Made by a program: the position numbers and the translations under genes
NCBI GenBank assembly: GCA_965222595.1
Contig: CBDCUJ010000001.1
Span: 235,522-299,521 of the forward strand
Direction: 5' to 3'
DNA length: 64,000 nucleotides
Source: Dehalococcoidia bacterium
GTDB taxonomy: Bacteria > Chloroflexota > Dehalococcoidia > Lucifugimonadales > UBA3495
Notes under the pieces: generated by a model
What the model was told of the DNA's origin: nothing
Databases searched by the model: none
What the model saw: only the letters and a program-made list of their open reading frames with translations
In this document: positions 52,801 through 62,689 of the stretch, piece by piece
Numbering within the stretch: position 1 is the stretch's first letter
Layout: each line of letters begins with the position of its first letter

Positions 52801-53484
52801 ATGCAGGGCGAAATCCACGAAGGGCCAGGACTTAAATACCTGACGGTCCTGCCCGACGGTTATGATCCGGAGGCAGCCTACCCCGTGGTGATCATGCTCC
52901 ACGGGTTCGGGGCCAACATGCATGACCTGGCGGGCCTGGCCCCCGCAATCAATTCCACCGGGTACGTGTACGCCTGCCCCAACGCCCCGATCCCGTTCAA
53001 CCTCGGACAAGGACATGCCGGATTCGGGTGGATGACCCCTCGGGGCGGTTCGACTCCCGACGAGGTGGCCAACTCCGAGAAGTTATTGGACGACTTCTTC
53101 CAAGAGGTCCTGGAGAAATTCAGAGTGGGGTCGGGCAAGGCGTTGCTCTTGGGCTTCTCCCAAGGCGGCGGGATGACCTACCGGTGCGGTCTCGGCCGGG
53201 CTGAAACGTTCGCGGGACTGGCCGCCCTGAGCGCCACCCTGCCCGGAGCCGACGAGTTGGACCCGCGTCTGCCTGCGGACCGGTCCCAGCCCATCTTCGT
53301 CGCCCACGGCAGGCACGACCAAATGATCGCCGAGTCCACCGCATACGCGGCGAAGGACTACCTGGAAACGGCCGGATACAGCCCCGAGCTCCACGTCTAC
53401 GACATGGGGCACGAAATCAGCGGAGAGTTGCTAGGGGACCTGGTCCCGTGGATAGCTTCGGTACTACCGCCTTTCGGCGGCTAG
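52801..53484 (+). CDS. Alpha/beta hydrolase (phospholipase/carboxylesterase family)
   Basis: VVIMLHGFGAN, nucleophile elbow GFSQGG, C-terminal GHEI (His). 227 aa. Confidence 0.75.
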   Translation: MQGEIHEGPGLKYLTVLPDGYDPEAAYPVVIMLHGFGANMHDLAGLAPAINSTGYVYACPNAPIPFNLGQGHAGFGWMTPRGGSTPDEVANSEKLLDDFFQEVLEKFRVGSGKALLLGFSQGGGMTYRCGLGRAETFAGLAALSATLPGADELDPRLPADRSQPIFVAHGRHDQMIAESTAYAAKDYLETAGYSPELHVYDMGHEISGELLGDLVPWIASVLPPFGG

Positions 53485-53894
53485 TCCTCCATCCACGACA
53501 TAATGCGGGCTACGGTAATTTCGATGAGGACCAACCGCGACTCGGCCAGCAATTCCTCGGCGTAAGCGGGTCCGCGCTCCGGGCCGTCGTACTTTACGCA
53601 AAGGTGATGGACCATAGATTCCACGTCGGCGCTGGTCACCGATGCTTGGCCCTCTACGACCACGTATGCGAAGGGACGCTCCGAGGTGGCCACCGACAAC
53701 GCCACGTCCGGATTGTTCCGGATGTTGCGAATTTTGACCGCCTGGGTGTCGGCTATCACCCATGCCTTGTCCCCGTCCCAGAGGAACCAGACCGGGGCTA
53801 CGTGAGGCGTTCCCGCCGCACGTACCGTCACTAAATGACCAATCCGAGGCTCGCCCAAAAAGGACCCAATCTCTTCTTGCGTAAACGCGGCCAC
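53481..53894 (-). CDS. Pyridoxamine 5'-phosphate oxidase (PPOX class, possibly F420-dependent) family protein
   Basis: GTG 53894 preceded by AAGGAG. IGHLVTVRAAGTPHVAPVWFLWDGDKAWV...IRNIRNNPDVALSV. Only the last 137 codons of track ORF 53481..54686 are credible. Confidence 0.7.
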   Translation of the reverse strand: MAAFTQEEIGSFLGEPRIGHLVTVRAAGTPHVAPVWFLWDGDKAWVIADTQAVKIRNIRNNPDVALSVATSERPFAYVVVEGQASVTSADVESMVHHLCVKYDGPERGPAYAEELLAESRLVLIEITVARIMSWMED

Positions 53895-53915
53895 AGTAGT
53901 CGACTCCTTCTTCAA

Positions 53916-55361
53916 ATGCGGCGCCCCAATATAGCACAACACGTAACCACGCTCTTGGCCATGCTCCCCGCTCTCGTCCTGGCCACCGCCTGCGGGGCGG
54001 CAACACCGACCCACTCGCCCGCCCCGACGCCGACGCCGACGCCGACCAGCTTGCCCACCCCTACGCCTTCGCCGCTGGTGCTGCTGCCCCAAGACGAAGC
54101 TCCCCATGACGAGCCTGTCGAATGGTGGTACTTCAACGGGCTGCTCACCGACGGCGCGGGCAACGAATACAGCTACCACTTCGTCGCCTTTAAGGGCCCG
54201 GGCCCCGCCAACGCCGTCCCCCACCTGATGCACGTCAGCCTGGGCGACCACCACCGCCGAGAGCATTTCGCGGCCGAGACGCCGGCCCTTTCGCCGGTCG
54301 CCGAAGACGCCGTCGGTGTTGACGTCGAGGCCGGCGGCTGGACGATGCGGGGCGACGGCGCAGCCTACCAACTCCGCTTCAGTCTGGGCGGGCGCACCGT
54401 CGAAATCGAGGCTGTCCCCCAACGGGAGCCGGTGCTGCACGGCGGCACGGGCCTGATCAGCCTCGGACCGGTTGGGGACACCTACTACTATTCCCGGACT
54501 CGCCTGGAGACCGCCGGTTACATCGAGGACCAAGATGGACATCGGACGGTCAGCGGCACGAGCTGGATGGACCACCAATGGGGCGCCGTGTCCGGCCGCA
54601 CCGTAGGCTGGGACTGGCTGAGCCTGCACCTCGACGACGGGGCAGACCTGATGGCAGTCGTCGTACGGGACCCCGGCACCCGCCAATTATTCGCCAACTA
54701 CGGCACTTACGTCGGTCCCGGTGGCAAGGTAAGCCACCTGGACGGCCAAGACGTTTCAATTACGCCAACCGGTTCCTGGAGCAGCCCCGCCACCGGCATC
54801 ACCTACCCCATGGGCTGGAAGCTCGAAATCCCGCCGCTGGACCTGAGCATCGAGGCAGTACCGGTGCTGGAACAAGCGGAGTTCGCCGTTAGCGACTTCA
54901 TTGCGGCAGCCTATTGGGAGGGCGCGGTCAATGCGTCGGGAACGCTGGCCGGTTCGCCCATAACCGGCGCGGGATTCATGGAACTGGTAGGATACGACCG
55001 GAACAACTGGAAGCGCCGGAACCGCCGCCGGAATAGGGCGGTGTTCGGAACACATATCGCAAGCAACGGAGCCTGGCCCATCCAACCGGCCGGACCAGTC
55101 AGAACCGCCGCGGAAATGGTAATCTATACTGCAAATCGCCCCGGGTCCTCACAAAAGAGCGAAAACGCTGGGACAACGCAGGAAGTTCAACTCTTGGAAC
55201 TTCAGGCACCCGTTGCTGGCGAGGTGCGGTCCGCTTACAACCTGGTGACCAATTTGGCCAGTAATACCCATCTGGGCCTATATCAGCTTGATCTCCTTAG
55301 GGAACCTCTGAACAAGTTATGGTCATTGAGGCGAAAGCCGAAATCTCGGAGGAGAGCTTAA
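53916..55361 (+). CDS. AttH/CrtC-like (carotenoid 1,2-hydratase family, lipocalin-like) lipoprotein with an unexplained C-terminal extension
   Basis: Lipobox LVLATAC, PT-rich linker, PVEWWYFNG, YYYSRTRL, WMDHQWG, GFMELVGYD (the usual family C-terminus near 55000). The ORF then continues about 115 codons into repeat copy C. The start could also be ATG 53961. Confidence 0.65.
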   Translation: MRRPNIAQHVTTLLAMLPALVLATACGAATPTHSPAPTPTPTPTSLPTPTPSPLVLLPQDEAPHDEPVEWWYFNGLLTDGAGNEYSYHFVAFKGPGPANAVPHLMHVSLGDHHRREHFAAETPALSPVAEDAVGVDVEAGGWTMRGDGAAYQLRFSLGGRTVEIEAVPQREPVLHGGTGLISLGPVGDTYYYSRTRLETAGYIEDQDGHRTVSGTSWMDHQWGAVSGRTVGWDWLSLHLDDGADLMAVVVRDPGTRQLFANYGTYVGPGGKVSHLDGQDVSITPTGSWSSPATGITYPMGWKLEIPPLDLSIEAVPVLEQAEFAVSDFIAAAYWEGAVNASGTLAGSPITGAGFMELVGYDRNNWKRRNRRRNRAVFGTHIASNGAWPIQPAGPVRTAAEMVIYTANRPGSSQKSENAGTTQEVQLLELQAPVAGEVRSAYNLVTNLASNTHLGLYQLDLLREPLNKLWSLRRKPKSRRRA

Positions 55362-55441
55362 CGGTATTAGCTATCAAATGAGCGCCGGCACCCCCATCCT
55401 AACCTTCCCCCAGCGGGGGGAAGGGACTTGTTCAGAGGTTC
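55301..55441 (-). repeat. CTTAG-flanked stem-bounded repeat element (copy C)
   Basis: CTTAG (55296-55300), GGAACCTCTGAACAAGT, ..., CACCCCCATCCTAACCTTCCCCCAGCGGGGGGAAGGGAC, TTGTTCAGAGGTTC, CTTAG (55442-55446). Confidence 0.65.
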
Positions 55442-55474
55442 CTTAGCACGGACCCGGAGTGAAGAATCGGGATA

Positions 55475-56581
55475 ATGACTGCTGACAACCTGCGCACTCC
55501 CCTGTACGACGCTCATGTTGCCCTGGGCGCCCGTATCGTGCCCTTCGGCGGCTGGGACATGCCGGTGCAGTACCCCGGCGGTATTCTGGCCGAGGTCAAC
55601 TCGGTACGGACCGCTTCGGGCATGTTCGACGTTTCCCACATGGGCCGCGTTTACATTTCGGGTCCGGGCTCCTCCGAATTCCTGGACTGGGTATTGACCG
55701 GCTCGGCGGCGACGCTGCGCGTGGGGCGCGCCCGCTACTGTCTCGTCTGCAACGAGCGGGGCGGCGTGATCGACGACACTATCTTCTACCGCTTGGCCGA
55801 CGACCGCTTCCTGCTCATTCCCAACGCCGGCAACCGCGAAATGGTGGTGGCCTGGCTGCAACGCTGGATCGACGAGAAGTTCCCGGGCGCATGCACCCTG
55901 GACGATCAGACCGCGCAGACCGCCCTGATCGCCGTCCAAGGCCCGGCCGCGCCGTCCGTCCTGGACCAGTTGTGCGATAACCCGGTCTCCGGGGTGCGTC
56001 CCTTCGCTTGGATCGCGGCCCGGTTGGCAGGCGCGGACGCGCTCTTGGGGCGCACCGGCTACACCGGCGAAGACGGCTTCGAGATTCTCTGTGGCAGCGA
56101 CAACGCCGTGAACGTCTGGACCGCCCTGCAGCAAACCGGGGTCACCCCCTGCGGCCTCGGCGCGCGGGACGTGCTTCGCCTGGAAGCGGGCCTGCCCCTG
56201 CACGGTCACGAAATCGACGAGAACACGACCCCCATCGAAGCGGGTCTTCAACGCTTTGTCCGGTCCGACAAGGAATACGTCGGCTCCGAGGTGCTGCTTC
56301 GGCAACGCGACGAGGGCACGGAGCGGACGCTGGTGGGGCTGCAATTGCCCGGACGGTCGGCCCCCCGAGCGGGCTATGCGCTGTCGCACGAAGGGGTCCC
56401 GGCGGGGAGCGTTACCAGCGGCAGCTACTCGCCCACGCTTGACACCAGCATCGGCATGGGCTACGTTTTTGTGCGGTACGCCGAGCCGGGCACGTTGCTC
56501 GATCTGGACATTCGTGGACGCACCGCTACAGTAGAGGTCGTACCACTTCCCTTCTACAAGCGCCCCGCTTCAACTCCTTGA
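55475..56581 (+). CDS. gcvT: Glycine cleavage system aminomethyltransferase (T protein)
   Basis: [27 protein letters not shown]-terminus. Followed by gcvH and gcvP. Confidence 0.9.
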   Translation: MTADNLRTPLYDAHVALGARIVPFGGWDMPVQYPGGILAEVNSVRTASGMFDVSHMGRVYISGPGSSEFLDWVLTGSAATLRVGRARYCLVCNERGGVIDDTIFYRLADDRFLLIPNAGNREMVVAWLQRWIDEKFPGACTLDDQTAQTALIAVQGPAAPSVLDQLCDNPVSGVRPFAWIAARLAGADALLGRTGYTGEDGFEILCGSDNAVNVWTALQQTGVTPCGLGARDVLRLEAGLPLHGHEIDENTTPIEAGLQRFVRSDKEYVGSEVLLRQRDEGTERTLVGLQLPGRSAPRAGYALSHEGVPAGSVTSGSYSPTLDTSIGMGYVFVRYAEPGTLLDLDIRGRTATVEVVPLPFYKRPASTP

Positions 56582-56597
56582 AGGAGGCCCGACCCCC

Positions 56598-56990
56598 GTG
56601 AGTCCCGACGACCGAAACTACACTCGCGAACATGAGTGGATAATGATTGAAGACGCCGCCAGCAAGCGCGGCCTGGCCGGAATCACCGACTACGCCCAAG
56701 AGCAGCTGGGAGACATTGTTTACTTAGAGTTGCCCAAGGTTGGCGACACCGTGTCCCACCTTGGCAAGATGGGGGAGGTCGAGTCGGTTAAGGCGGTCTC
56801 GGACCTATACTCCCCGGTGAACGGCGAGGTCATAGAGGTCAACCCGGAGCTGGTCCGGCACCCCGAACTGGTCAACGAGGACCCCTTCGGCGTGGGATGG
56901 CTGGTCCGCGTGACTCTGGCAGACGTCGAAGAGGTCAACGGCCTGATGTCGGCCAGCGAATACGACGCTTATACCGCCGGACTCTCATGA
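56598..56990 (+). CDS. gcvH: Glycine cleavage system H protein
   Basis: Lipoyl-lysine motif VESVKAVSDLYSPV. 130 aa. Confidence 0.9.
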   Translation: MSPDDRNYTREHEWIMIEDAASKRGLAGITDYAQEQLGDIVYLELPKVGDTVSHLGKMGEVESVKAVSDLYSPVNGEVIEVNPELVRHPELVNEDPFGVGWLVRVTLADVEEVNGLMSASEYDAYTAGLS

Positions 56991-58342
56991 CGGTTCCCCG
57001 AACGACGCCGGCTGCTCCCGGCAGCAACGGCCGCTTCCAGTCCCACTACATTCCCAACACCCCCGATGAACAGGCCGCGATGTTGGAAACCCTCGGCCTT
57101 GCCTCTATCGACCAGCTTTTCGACGACATTCCGGCCGAGTTCCGCAACCCCTCTCTGGGCTTGCCGCCGCCGCTCTCCGAGTTGGAAATCCAACGAGAGT
57201 TGGGGGCCCTGGCAGCCCAAAACCGCCCTTTGGGCAGCGGCCCATCGTTCTTGGGCGCGGGTTGTTACCACCATTTCATCCCGGCCATCGTGAAGGCCCT
57301 GATGACACGAGGCGAGTTTCTGACCGCCTACACTCCCTACCAAGCCGAGGCCAGCCAAGGGACGCTTCAGGTCATCTACGAGTTTCAGACGCTAGTCTGC
57401 AACCTGTTCGATATGGACGTTGGCAACGCCGGAATGTACGACGGAGCCACCAGCCTGGCAGAGGCGGCGCTGATGGCCTGCCGGGTGACCCGCCGCAACA
57501 AGGTGATTGTGCTGGACACGGTGTCCCCGGCGTACAACGAGGTCATTCACACCTACTGCCTCCCCCAGAATATCGAAGTGCTCACCGCCCCGGCCGAATC
57601 GTTGAACATCGACGATGAGTCAGCGTGCGTCGTGCTCCAGTACCCCAACTTCTTCGGCTATATCGAAGACTTGGCGGGACTGATGGACGCCGCCCATTCC
57701 CACGGAGCGTTGGGCGTGGTCTCCTGCGACCCCATCGCGGTGGGCATGTTTCAACCACCGGGACACTACGGGGCCGACATCGTAACCGGCGAGGGCCAGC
57801 CCCTGGGCATTCCGGCCAGCTTCGGCGGGCCGTACCTCGGACTCTTTACGACCAAACAAGAATTCATCCGCCAGATGCCCAGCCGCTTGTCCGGGCGGAC
57901 CGTTGACCGCAACGGCGAGACCGGGTACGTATTGACGCTCCAGACGCGGGAACAGCACATCCGCCGGGAACGGGCCACCTCCAACATCTGCACCAACGAG
58001 GCCCTCTACGCACTGGCCTCCACGATATATTTGTCCGCCTTGGGCAAGAGCGGCCTGAAGCAGGTGGCAGAGCTGTGCTACCACAAAGCGCACTATGCCG
58101 CATCTGAGATTACGGGCCTCTCCGGCTATTCCCTGCCGTCGCCGGGAACCTTCTTCCAGGAATTCGTGGTCCAGTGCCCGCTGCCTGTGCCGGAAATAAA
58201 CCGGAGGCTGATGGAGCGAAACATCCTGGGCGGGTTGGACGTCGGGGACCGCTGGCCCCACGGCATGCTGCTGTGCGTCACTGAGATGAACACCAAGGCC
58301 GAAATCGATGCCCTCGCCGCCGCCCTGGCGGAGGTGTCCTGA
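56987..58342 (+). CDS. gcvPA: Glycine dehydrogenase (aminomethyl-transferring) subunit 1
   Basis: ATG 56987 overlaps the gcvH stop (ATGA). HYIPNTPDEQAAMLETLG, YTPYQAEASQGTLQ. Confidence 0.9.
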   Translation: MTVPRTTPAAPGSNGRFQSHYIPNTPDEQAAMLETLGLASIDQLFDDIPAEFRNPSLGLPPPLSELEIQRELGALAAQNRPLGSGPSFLGAGCYHHFIPAIVKALMTRGEFLTAYTPYQAEASQGTLQVIYEFQTLVCNLFDMDVGNAGMYDGATSLAEAALMACRVTRRNKVIVLDTVSPAYNEVIHTYCLPQNIEVLTAPAESLNIDDESACVVLQYPNFFGYIEDLAGLMDAAHSHGALGVVSCDPIAVGMFQPPGHYGADIVTGEGQPLGIPASFGGPYLGLFTTKQEFIRQMPSRLSGRTVDRNGETGYVLTLQTREQHIRRERATSNICTNEALYALASTIYLSALGKSGLKQVAELCYHKAHYAASEITGLSGYSLPSPGTFFQEFVVQCPLPVPEINRRLMERNILGGLDVGDRWPHGMLLCVTEMNTKAEIDALAAALAEVS

Positions 58343-59799
58343 TGCGACAAGGCGGCAATCGGGCGACTTCCCAACTGCTGATGGAGCGCAGCGTACCGGG
58401 CCGCGTCGGGTGCGTGTTGCCCGGCTTGGACGTGCCCGCGCAGCCGCTCCCGGACGACACTTTGCTGCGCGACAAACTGGAGCTTCCGGAGATCTCCGAG
58501 CCGGAGGTCGTCCAGTACTTCACGGGACTCAGCCAGCGCAACTTTTCCATCGACACCCATTTCTACCCTCTGGGCAGTTGTACCATGAAGTACAACCCCA
58601 AAATCAACGACGAGACCGCCTTCCTGCCGGGCTTTGCGGGAATCCACCCGCTGCAGCCCGCCGCGCAGTCCCAAGGCGCGCTGGAATTGCTGTACCGGCT
58701 GCAGGAGTTCTTGGGCGAGATCACCGGCCTCCCTGCCGTCAGCCTCGCCACACTGGCCGGCGCCCACGGCGAGCTGGCCGGCATGTTGATGGTCCGGGCG
58801 CATCACCAAGCCAACGGCGACGCCGGCCGGGTGAAAGTGGCGATTCCCGACAGCGCCCACGGCACCAACCCGGCATCGGCCGCCATGGCGGGATTCGAAG
58901 TCGTCGAGATGCGCTCCAACCGCGACGGCAACCTTGACCTGGACGCGGTGCACGAGATCGCGGGACCCGACTTGGCGGGCGTGATGATTACTCTGCCCAG
59001 CACCCTGGGCCTGTTCAACCCCAACATCATGGAAGTTTGCCGCATAGTCCACGAGGCCGGCGGGCTGGTCTACGGCGACGGCGCAAACATGAACGCGCTG
59101 TTGGGCCGGGTGAAGCTGGGCGACCTGGGCTTTGACGTGGCCCACCTGAACCTGCACAAGACCTTCAGCACACCCCACGGCGGCGGCGGCCCCGGTGCGG
59201 GGCCGGTCTGCGCCAACGAGACTCTTGCGCCGTACCTGTCCACGCCGGTGGTGGCGCGGAGCGACGGTAGCTACAACCTTGCCGCGCCGGAAAATAGCAT
59301 CGGCAAGCTGGCTGGCTTCCACGGCAACTTCGGTGTGCTGGTGCGTGCCTACACCTACATCCGGACGCTGGGAGCGGACGGCATCAGGTCCATCAGCGGC
59401 AACGCGGTCCTGAACGCCAACTACATGATGGAAGCGCTGAAAGGCGTCTACCGGCTGCCCTATGACCGCACCTGTATGCATGAGGCGGTCTTTGCCGCCG
59501 ACTGGCAAAAAGCCCGCGGCGTCGGGGGTTTGGAGATCGCCAAACGCCTGCTGGACTACGGCTTCCACGCCCCTACGATGTACTTCCCGCTGATCGTCCC
59601 CGAATGTCTGATGATCGAACCGACGGAGTCCGAGACCCAGGAGACCATTGACCGTTTCGTGGAGGCCCTGATCGCCATCGACCGGGAGGTCACCGAAGAC
59701 CCCGACCTGGTCCGCAACGCCCCACACACCACGCCGGTGGCCCGCCTGGATGAAGCACTGGCAGCGCGCCGGCCGAATTTACGCTGGATTGGGAGTTAG
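58342..59799 (+). CDS. gcvPB: Glycine dehydrogenase (aminomethyl-transferring) subunit 2
   Basis: TGATG overlap with gcvPA. PLP-lysine region HLNLHKTFSTPHGGGGPG. Confidence 0.9.
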   Translation: MRQGGNRATSQLLMERSVPGRVGCVLPGLDVPAQPLPDDTLLRDKLELPEISEPEVVQYFTGLSQRNFSIDTHFYPLGSCTMKYNPKINDETAFLPGFAGIHPLQPAAQSQGALELLYRLQEFLGEITGLPAVSLATLAGAHGELAGMLMVRAHHQANGDAGRVKVAIPDSAHGTNPASAAMAGFEVVEMRSNRDGNLDLDAVHEIAGPDLAGVMITLPSTLGLFNPNIMEVCRIVHEAGGLVYGDGANMNALLGRVKLGDLGFDVAHLNLHKTFSTPHGGGGPGAGPVCANETLAPYLSTPVVARSDGSYNLAAPENSIGKLAGFHGNFGVLVRAYTYIRTLGADGIRSISGNAVLNANYMMEALKGVYRLPYDRTCMHEAVFAADWQKARGVGGLEIAKRLLDYGFHAPTMYFPLIVPECLMIEPTESETQETIDRFVEALIAIDREVTEDPDLVRNAPHTTPVARLDEALAARRPNLRWIGS

Positions 59800-59803
59800 G
59801 GGG

Positions 59804-60403
59804 TTAAGCCTCTGCCAGCTCGACTATACGGGCGACGGCCCGGTCGAGGCTGGGGGCATTGAGGCGAGCGACTCCCGGGTTCCAAAGGTAGGTTACGAAC
59901 TCGCCGACTGTGTCGTTGTAGCCCGGCCCTGTACGGTTCGTGCCAAGTACATTCCGCGGGGCTATCGCTTCCCTCAAGTGCCGGTTGCTGCTGCGTCTGG
60001 CCAATTGGACCAACGACCGCTTGGGATCATCTAGGCTCTCGGGGTTGCGAGAAACGGTGCTCGCGGCAACTCCCAACCATCTCGCTATTCCTGCACGGTC
60101 TGCCATTATCCACGCTTCGATTTCAAGTACAGCAACCCGGATGAGCATATTCGGGGCAATCGTCAGCCCACTGATATATTGACCAACCAGAGCAGCCGGG
60201 CAGTTCATTGGCCTGTCCAAATCCGCCAGAGCCAACACTGGGCCTACATAGAAAGCCCTTTGATTCAACCCCGGTATGCGGCTTTCAATGGATCCTCCTG
60301 CCACGAATTCCTCAAAGATTTCCGCTAATGGCAGATACTCATCAATCAGTCGCCTAGCTACTGCCCTCGACGGGGTATCTTCCACTGCCAGAATGATCTG
60401 CAT
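59804..60403 (-). CDS. DUF4276/TOPRIM-like protein (putative nuclease partner of the upstream ATPase)
   Basis: ATG 60403 gives MQIILAVEDTPS (Glu), ALADLDRP (DxD) and EIEAWIMAD. Starts 4 nt after the ATPase stop. The track start 60472 overlaps the ATPase. Confidence 0.6.
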   Translation of the reverse strand: MQIILAVEDTPSRAVARRLIDEYLPLAEIFEEFVAGGSIESRIPGLNQRAFYVGPVLALADLDRPMNCPAALVGQYISGLTIAPNMLIRVAVLEIEAWIMADRAGIARWLGVAASTVSRNPESLDDPKRSLVQLARRSSNRHLREAIAPRNVLGTNRTGPGYNDTVGEFVTYLWNPGVARLNAPSLDRAVARIVELAEA

Positions 60404-60407
60404 TACT

Positions 60408-61598
60408 CTAGGCCGAAAGCCCCAAGTGCATAGGGAGCTGTACGGCTTGGTTGCGGAAGGGCGCGATTTCACCTGGCATGACCCCCGCCTTCAGAACCTC
60501 TCGAATACGGGAATCTGCTGCAAGAGATTCCACGATAGAGCCATTTCTGCCGGGTGTAATGCAAAGCACTTCCCATCCATCTATCCCTTGGTCGCAAAGC
60601 AGATCTGGGCTGTGGGTTGTCAGAATGACTTGGCGCCGTTCGCTGTGCCGCCCGTCTCCGCGCCGCCGGCTGACAGGTACGCTCATGCGATAAATCAAAC
60701 CTGCCAAGCGCAGCACGATGTCCCGATTCAGGGATATTTCCGGTTCTTCCAGCAGAAGCGGGCCGCTACGTTCTAGTAGTGACCAGAACAGGCCAATTAG
60801 GCGCAGTGTGCCATCAGAAAGCTGGTCTTCCCTCTGCGAAACGTTATGGGCTCGCCAATTTTCGAAGCGAACTCTTAAATGGGGTTGCCCGTTCGTGGAA
60901 TCCCTCTCAAAGGTGATTTCTTCCAGCTGCGGCACAATATGCGACAGAGAAGCTGCGATTTTTTTCAGGCGGCTCTGACGGATATTACTGTTTGTGCCTG
61001 CAATTCTCTCCAAGAAGCCCTGACCAAACGGGTCGTTTTCCAGACGGTTACCGCCGATTTCAGCCCCATAACGCACTAGCTGAGGCACCAAGTGGAAGTA
61101 GGTAACTTCGTCGAAGAACTCGGCCACGGCGCGGAACTGCCGGTTAGCGTTAATCTGTTCCAACGCGGTTTCTGTACGAAGCTCAGGGTCGAGTTTGTCG
61201 TCATGGTCTGGGCGTCGAAGCAGAGTTTCGCCGTTATGCTCAACGATTTCTTCTTGAACTACAATGCGGTGATTTCCGCGCTGCTCAACCGCAAATACTA
61301 GGCGGTACACCCACTCGACTAGTTCATCCGCGTCCCGGCTCAGATGTACTTCAATGCCGACACCACCACCTGAATGGGCTGAGAGGCTGCGAATCTGAGG
61401 CACACCGCCGCGCCTACCCACTGCGGTTTGAAGGCCACCGCCTTCGCGTTTGGCAACGTCCCGGAGAAAGCGAATGGCATCGAGCAAGTTGGACTTGCCC
61501 GACGCATTCGGCCCAATGATGAAGGCGCGGTCGCGCATTGGCACATCCATGTCGGTGAAATTGCGCCAGTTGGTCAGTTTGAGCCGGGTGATTATCAT
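60408..61598 (-). CDS. ABC/OLD-like AAA ATPase (AAA_21/AAA_15 type)
   Basis: MIITRLKLTNWRNF, Walker A IGPNASGKSNLLDAI, LLLEEPEISLNRDIV, VILTTHSPDLL. 396 aa. Confidence 0.8.
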   Translation of the reverse strand: MIITRLKLTNWRNFTDMDVPMRDRAFIIGPNASGKSNLLDAIRFLRDVAKREGGGLQTAVGRRGGVPQIRSLSAHSGGGVGIEVHLSRDADELVEWVYRLVFAVEQRGNHRIVVQEEIVEHNGETLLRRPDHDDKLDPELRTETALEQINANRQFRAVAEFFDEVTYFHLVPQLVRYGAEIGGNRLENDPFGQGFLERIAGTNSNIRQSRLKKIAASLSHIVPQLEEITFERDSTNGQPHLRVRFENWRAHNVSQREDQLSDGTLRLIGLFWSLLERSGPLLLEEPEISLNRDIVLRLAGLIYRMSVPVSRRRGDGRHSERRQVILTTHSPDLLCDQGIDGWEVLCITPGRNGSIVESLAADSRIREVLKAGVMPGEIAPFRNQAVQLPMHLGLSA

Positions 61599-61646
61599 TG
61601 GCGCCTCCGCTTAAGCGGCTCGTGACTACCCGTTCACCGAATGATA

Positions 61647-62591
61647 CTACCCGCTGCCCGCGGTCCCCTCTTCCTCCAGCACCGCGTTCAGCAGTGCCTC
61701 GTCGACACGGACCTCGACTCCGGAACGTTCCTCCTGCAGCAGCATGGCGACGCGCGAATCGCGGTGGCCCCAGCCCCGGTTCAGGGCCTCGGTCATTTCC
61801 TGGAGGGTAAGCTGGGCCAAGCGCATGGGGACGTCGTACTCTCGGCCTACGCCGACGGCCAGATCGACGTCTTTGCGGGCCAAGCGCAGGGCGAAGTCGG
61901 GCGGGTCGAACTTGCCGGGGAGCAGGTGTTCCGCCAAGCCCTCGAAGACACCCCGGCGTCCTACGGCGCCCTTCCGCACCGCCTGCCACAGCGCCAGCGG
62001 CTCCACGCCGGCCTTCACGCCCATGGTGAACACTTCCGCCAGCGCCGCCTGCACGATGTACCCGGTGCAGTTGTGGACCAGCTTGGCGATGGCCCCACAG
62101 CCGACGGGCCCCACGTAGTAGGCCTTGTCGCCGATGCTGTCGAGCACCGGCTTGCAACGGTCGAAGACGTCCTTGTCGCCTCCGACCCATATCGCAAGGT
62201 TACCGGTCCGAGCTCCCTTCGGCCCTCCGCTCACGGGAGCGTCCAGCACGTGGATGCCCCGAGCTGCCGCTTGTTCGTGTATGTGGCGGATCAGGCCCGG
62301 GGTGCTGGTGCTGAGGTCGAAGTAGACCTTGTTCTCGCTGAGACCCTCCAGGATGCCGTCCTCGCCCAGCCCGACCGCCTCCACCTCCGTGGGGCCGGGC
62401 AGTGAGGTGAAGACGATCTCCGAGGCCTCGGCGACCTGCCGGGGGGAGTCCGCCCACTCCGCGCCGGCCTCCAAGTGCTGGGTGGCCGCCTCGCGCCGAA
62501 TGTCGTGGACGACCATCTCGTTGCCACCCTGCAGGCAGTTGTAGGCCATGCTGGCCCCCATGGTGCCCAGTCCGATAAATCCAACTTTCAT
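61647..62591 (-). CDS. NAD(P)-dependent 3-hydroxyisobutyrate dehydrogenase family oxidoreductase
   Basis: MKVGFIGLGTMGASMA Rossmann motif and C-terminal 6-PGDH-like helical domain. Confidence 0.85.
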   Translation of the reverse strand: MKVGFIGLGTMGASMAYNCLQGGNEMVVHDIRREAATQHLEAGAEWADSPRQVAEASEIVFTSLPGPTEVEAVGLGEDGILEGLSENKVYFDLSTSTPGLIRHIHEQAAARGIHVLDAPVSGGPKGARTGNLAIWVGGDKDVFDRCKPVLDSIGDKAYYVGPVGCGAIAKLVHNCTGYIVQAALAEVFTMGVKAGVEPLALWQAVRKGAVGRRGVFEGLAEHLLPGKFDPPDFALRLARKDVDLAVGVGREYDVPMRLAQLTLQEMTEALNRGWGHRDSRVAMLLQEERSGVEVRVDEALLNAVLEEEGTAGSG

Positions 62592-62689
62592 GTCGGCCTC
62601 CCGTGTTGTAGGCGTTTGACATATATCATATCGTAGGCAGGTTAAAAGCGGGGGTTCGGGTTGGAGGTGGGCGCCTGTATAGTGCTACT

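Noticed and set aside
53481-54686. 401-aa minus-strand ORF in the track.
   Set aside because: Only the last 137 codons (from GTG 53894, with an AAGGAG RBS) resemble a PPOX-family protein. The upstream part is antisense to the AttH-like gene and is Arg/Gly-rich.
55040-55474. Glycine riboswitch upstream of gcvT.
   Set aside because: I looked for the GGAGAG / ACCGAAGGGGCAA / CTCAGGCAAAAGGAC-type elements on the plus strand and found none convincingly. The leader is mostly occupied by repeat copy C. A covariance-model search (RF00504) would settle this.
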